Below are positions 63,603 to 64,000 of a stretch of DNA of 64,000 bases, in pieces (the stretch's first letter is position 1; every line of letters begins with the position of its first letter). The stretch lies in the NCBI RefSeq assembly GCF_964204645.1, contig NC_134035.1, forward strand, positions 12,618,451 to 12,682,450. Reading direction: 5' to 3'. The translations under genes and the position numbers were made by a program. The DNA is from Tubulanus polymorphus (taxonomy: Eukaryota > Animalia > Nemertea). The notes beneath the pieces are model-generated. The model was not told the DNA's origin. It saw only the letters and a program-made list of their open reading frames with translations, and made no database searches.

Positions 63603-63712
63603 TGCACTGAGTAGAGTCGAGATGTTTGCGCAAAACATTTTTATTGATAATTTCTTGGTTTGCATTTTTGTTTGTACTTGTGTAAATATATCATATATAC
63701 AGTAAATGTATG

Positions 63713-63718
63713 AATAAA
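63713..63718 (+). terminator. Probable PSMD2 polyadenylation signal
   Basis: AATAAA about 410 nt after the PSMD2 stop codon, just before the terminal satellite. Confidence 0.55.
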
Positions 63719-63770
63719 ATTAATGTATTCAATGTACATGAACAAGTGTGAGTTCTTATAGATATATCGA

Positions 63771-64000
63771 TCAGTAGATTGTGCCCCTTACAACTCAGTA
63801 GACTGTGCCCCTTACAACTCAGTAAACTGTGCCCCTTACAACTCAGTAGACTGTGCCCCTTACAACTCAGTAGATTGTGCCCCTTACAACTCAGTAGACT
63901 GTGCCCCTTACAACTCAGTAAACTGTGCCCCTTACAACTCAGTAGACTGTGCCCCTTACAACTCAGTAGACTGTGCCCCTTACAACTCAGTAGACTGTGC
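63771..64000. repeat. 24-bp tandem repeat running off the window end
   Basis: Unit cagtagactgtgccccttacaact, at least 9 copies. Confidence 0.95.

Overview
AT-rich, intron-containing animal DNA, most likely a lophotrochozoan (mollusc, annelid, nemertean or brachiopod type; inferred from the myomodulin-type precursor). Three protein-coding genes can be built by hand with GT-AG introns in consistent phase. (1) The main coding exon of a myomodulin-family neuropeptide precursor (+, 20349-21310), carrying 12 xxxxVRM-amide peptides and 3 PRX-amide peptides; its signal-peptide exon was not identified. (2) A small three-coding-exon gene largely invisible in the ORF track (-, 29762-27225, 113 aa): signal peptide, His-rich 26-mer, RR, then a C-terminal EF-hand. 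It lies tail-to-tail with the neuropeptide gene and I do not recognise it as a known family. (3) A complete 19-exon PSMD2/Rpn1 gene (+, 54797-63300, 908 aa). The rest is non-coding: several MITE families (some with PIF/Harbinger-type CAG or TAA target duplications), a 49-bp satellite repeatedly flanked by an inverted copy, short dispersed elements carrying Penelope-type minimal hammerhead ribozyme motifs, minisatellites, microsatellites and an apparent excess of TGACGTCA (CRE) palindromes around the two secretory-peptide genes. Most long ORFs in the track are repeat artefacts. All coordinates were counted by hand.
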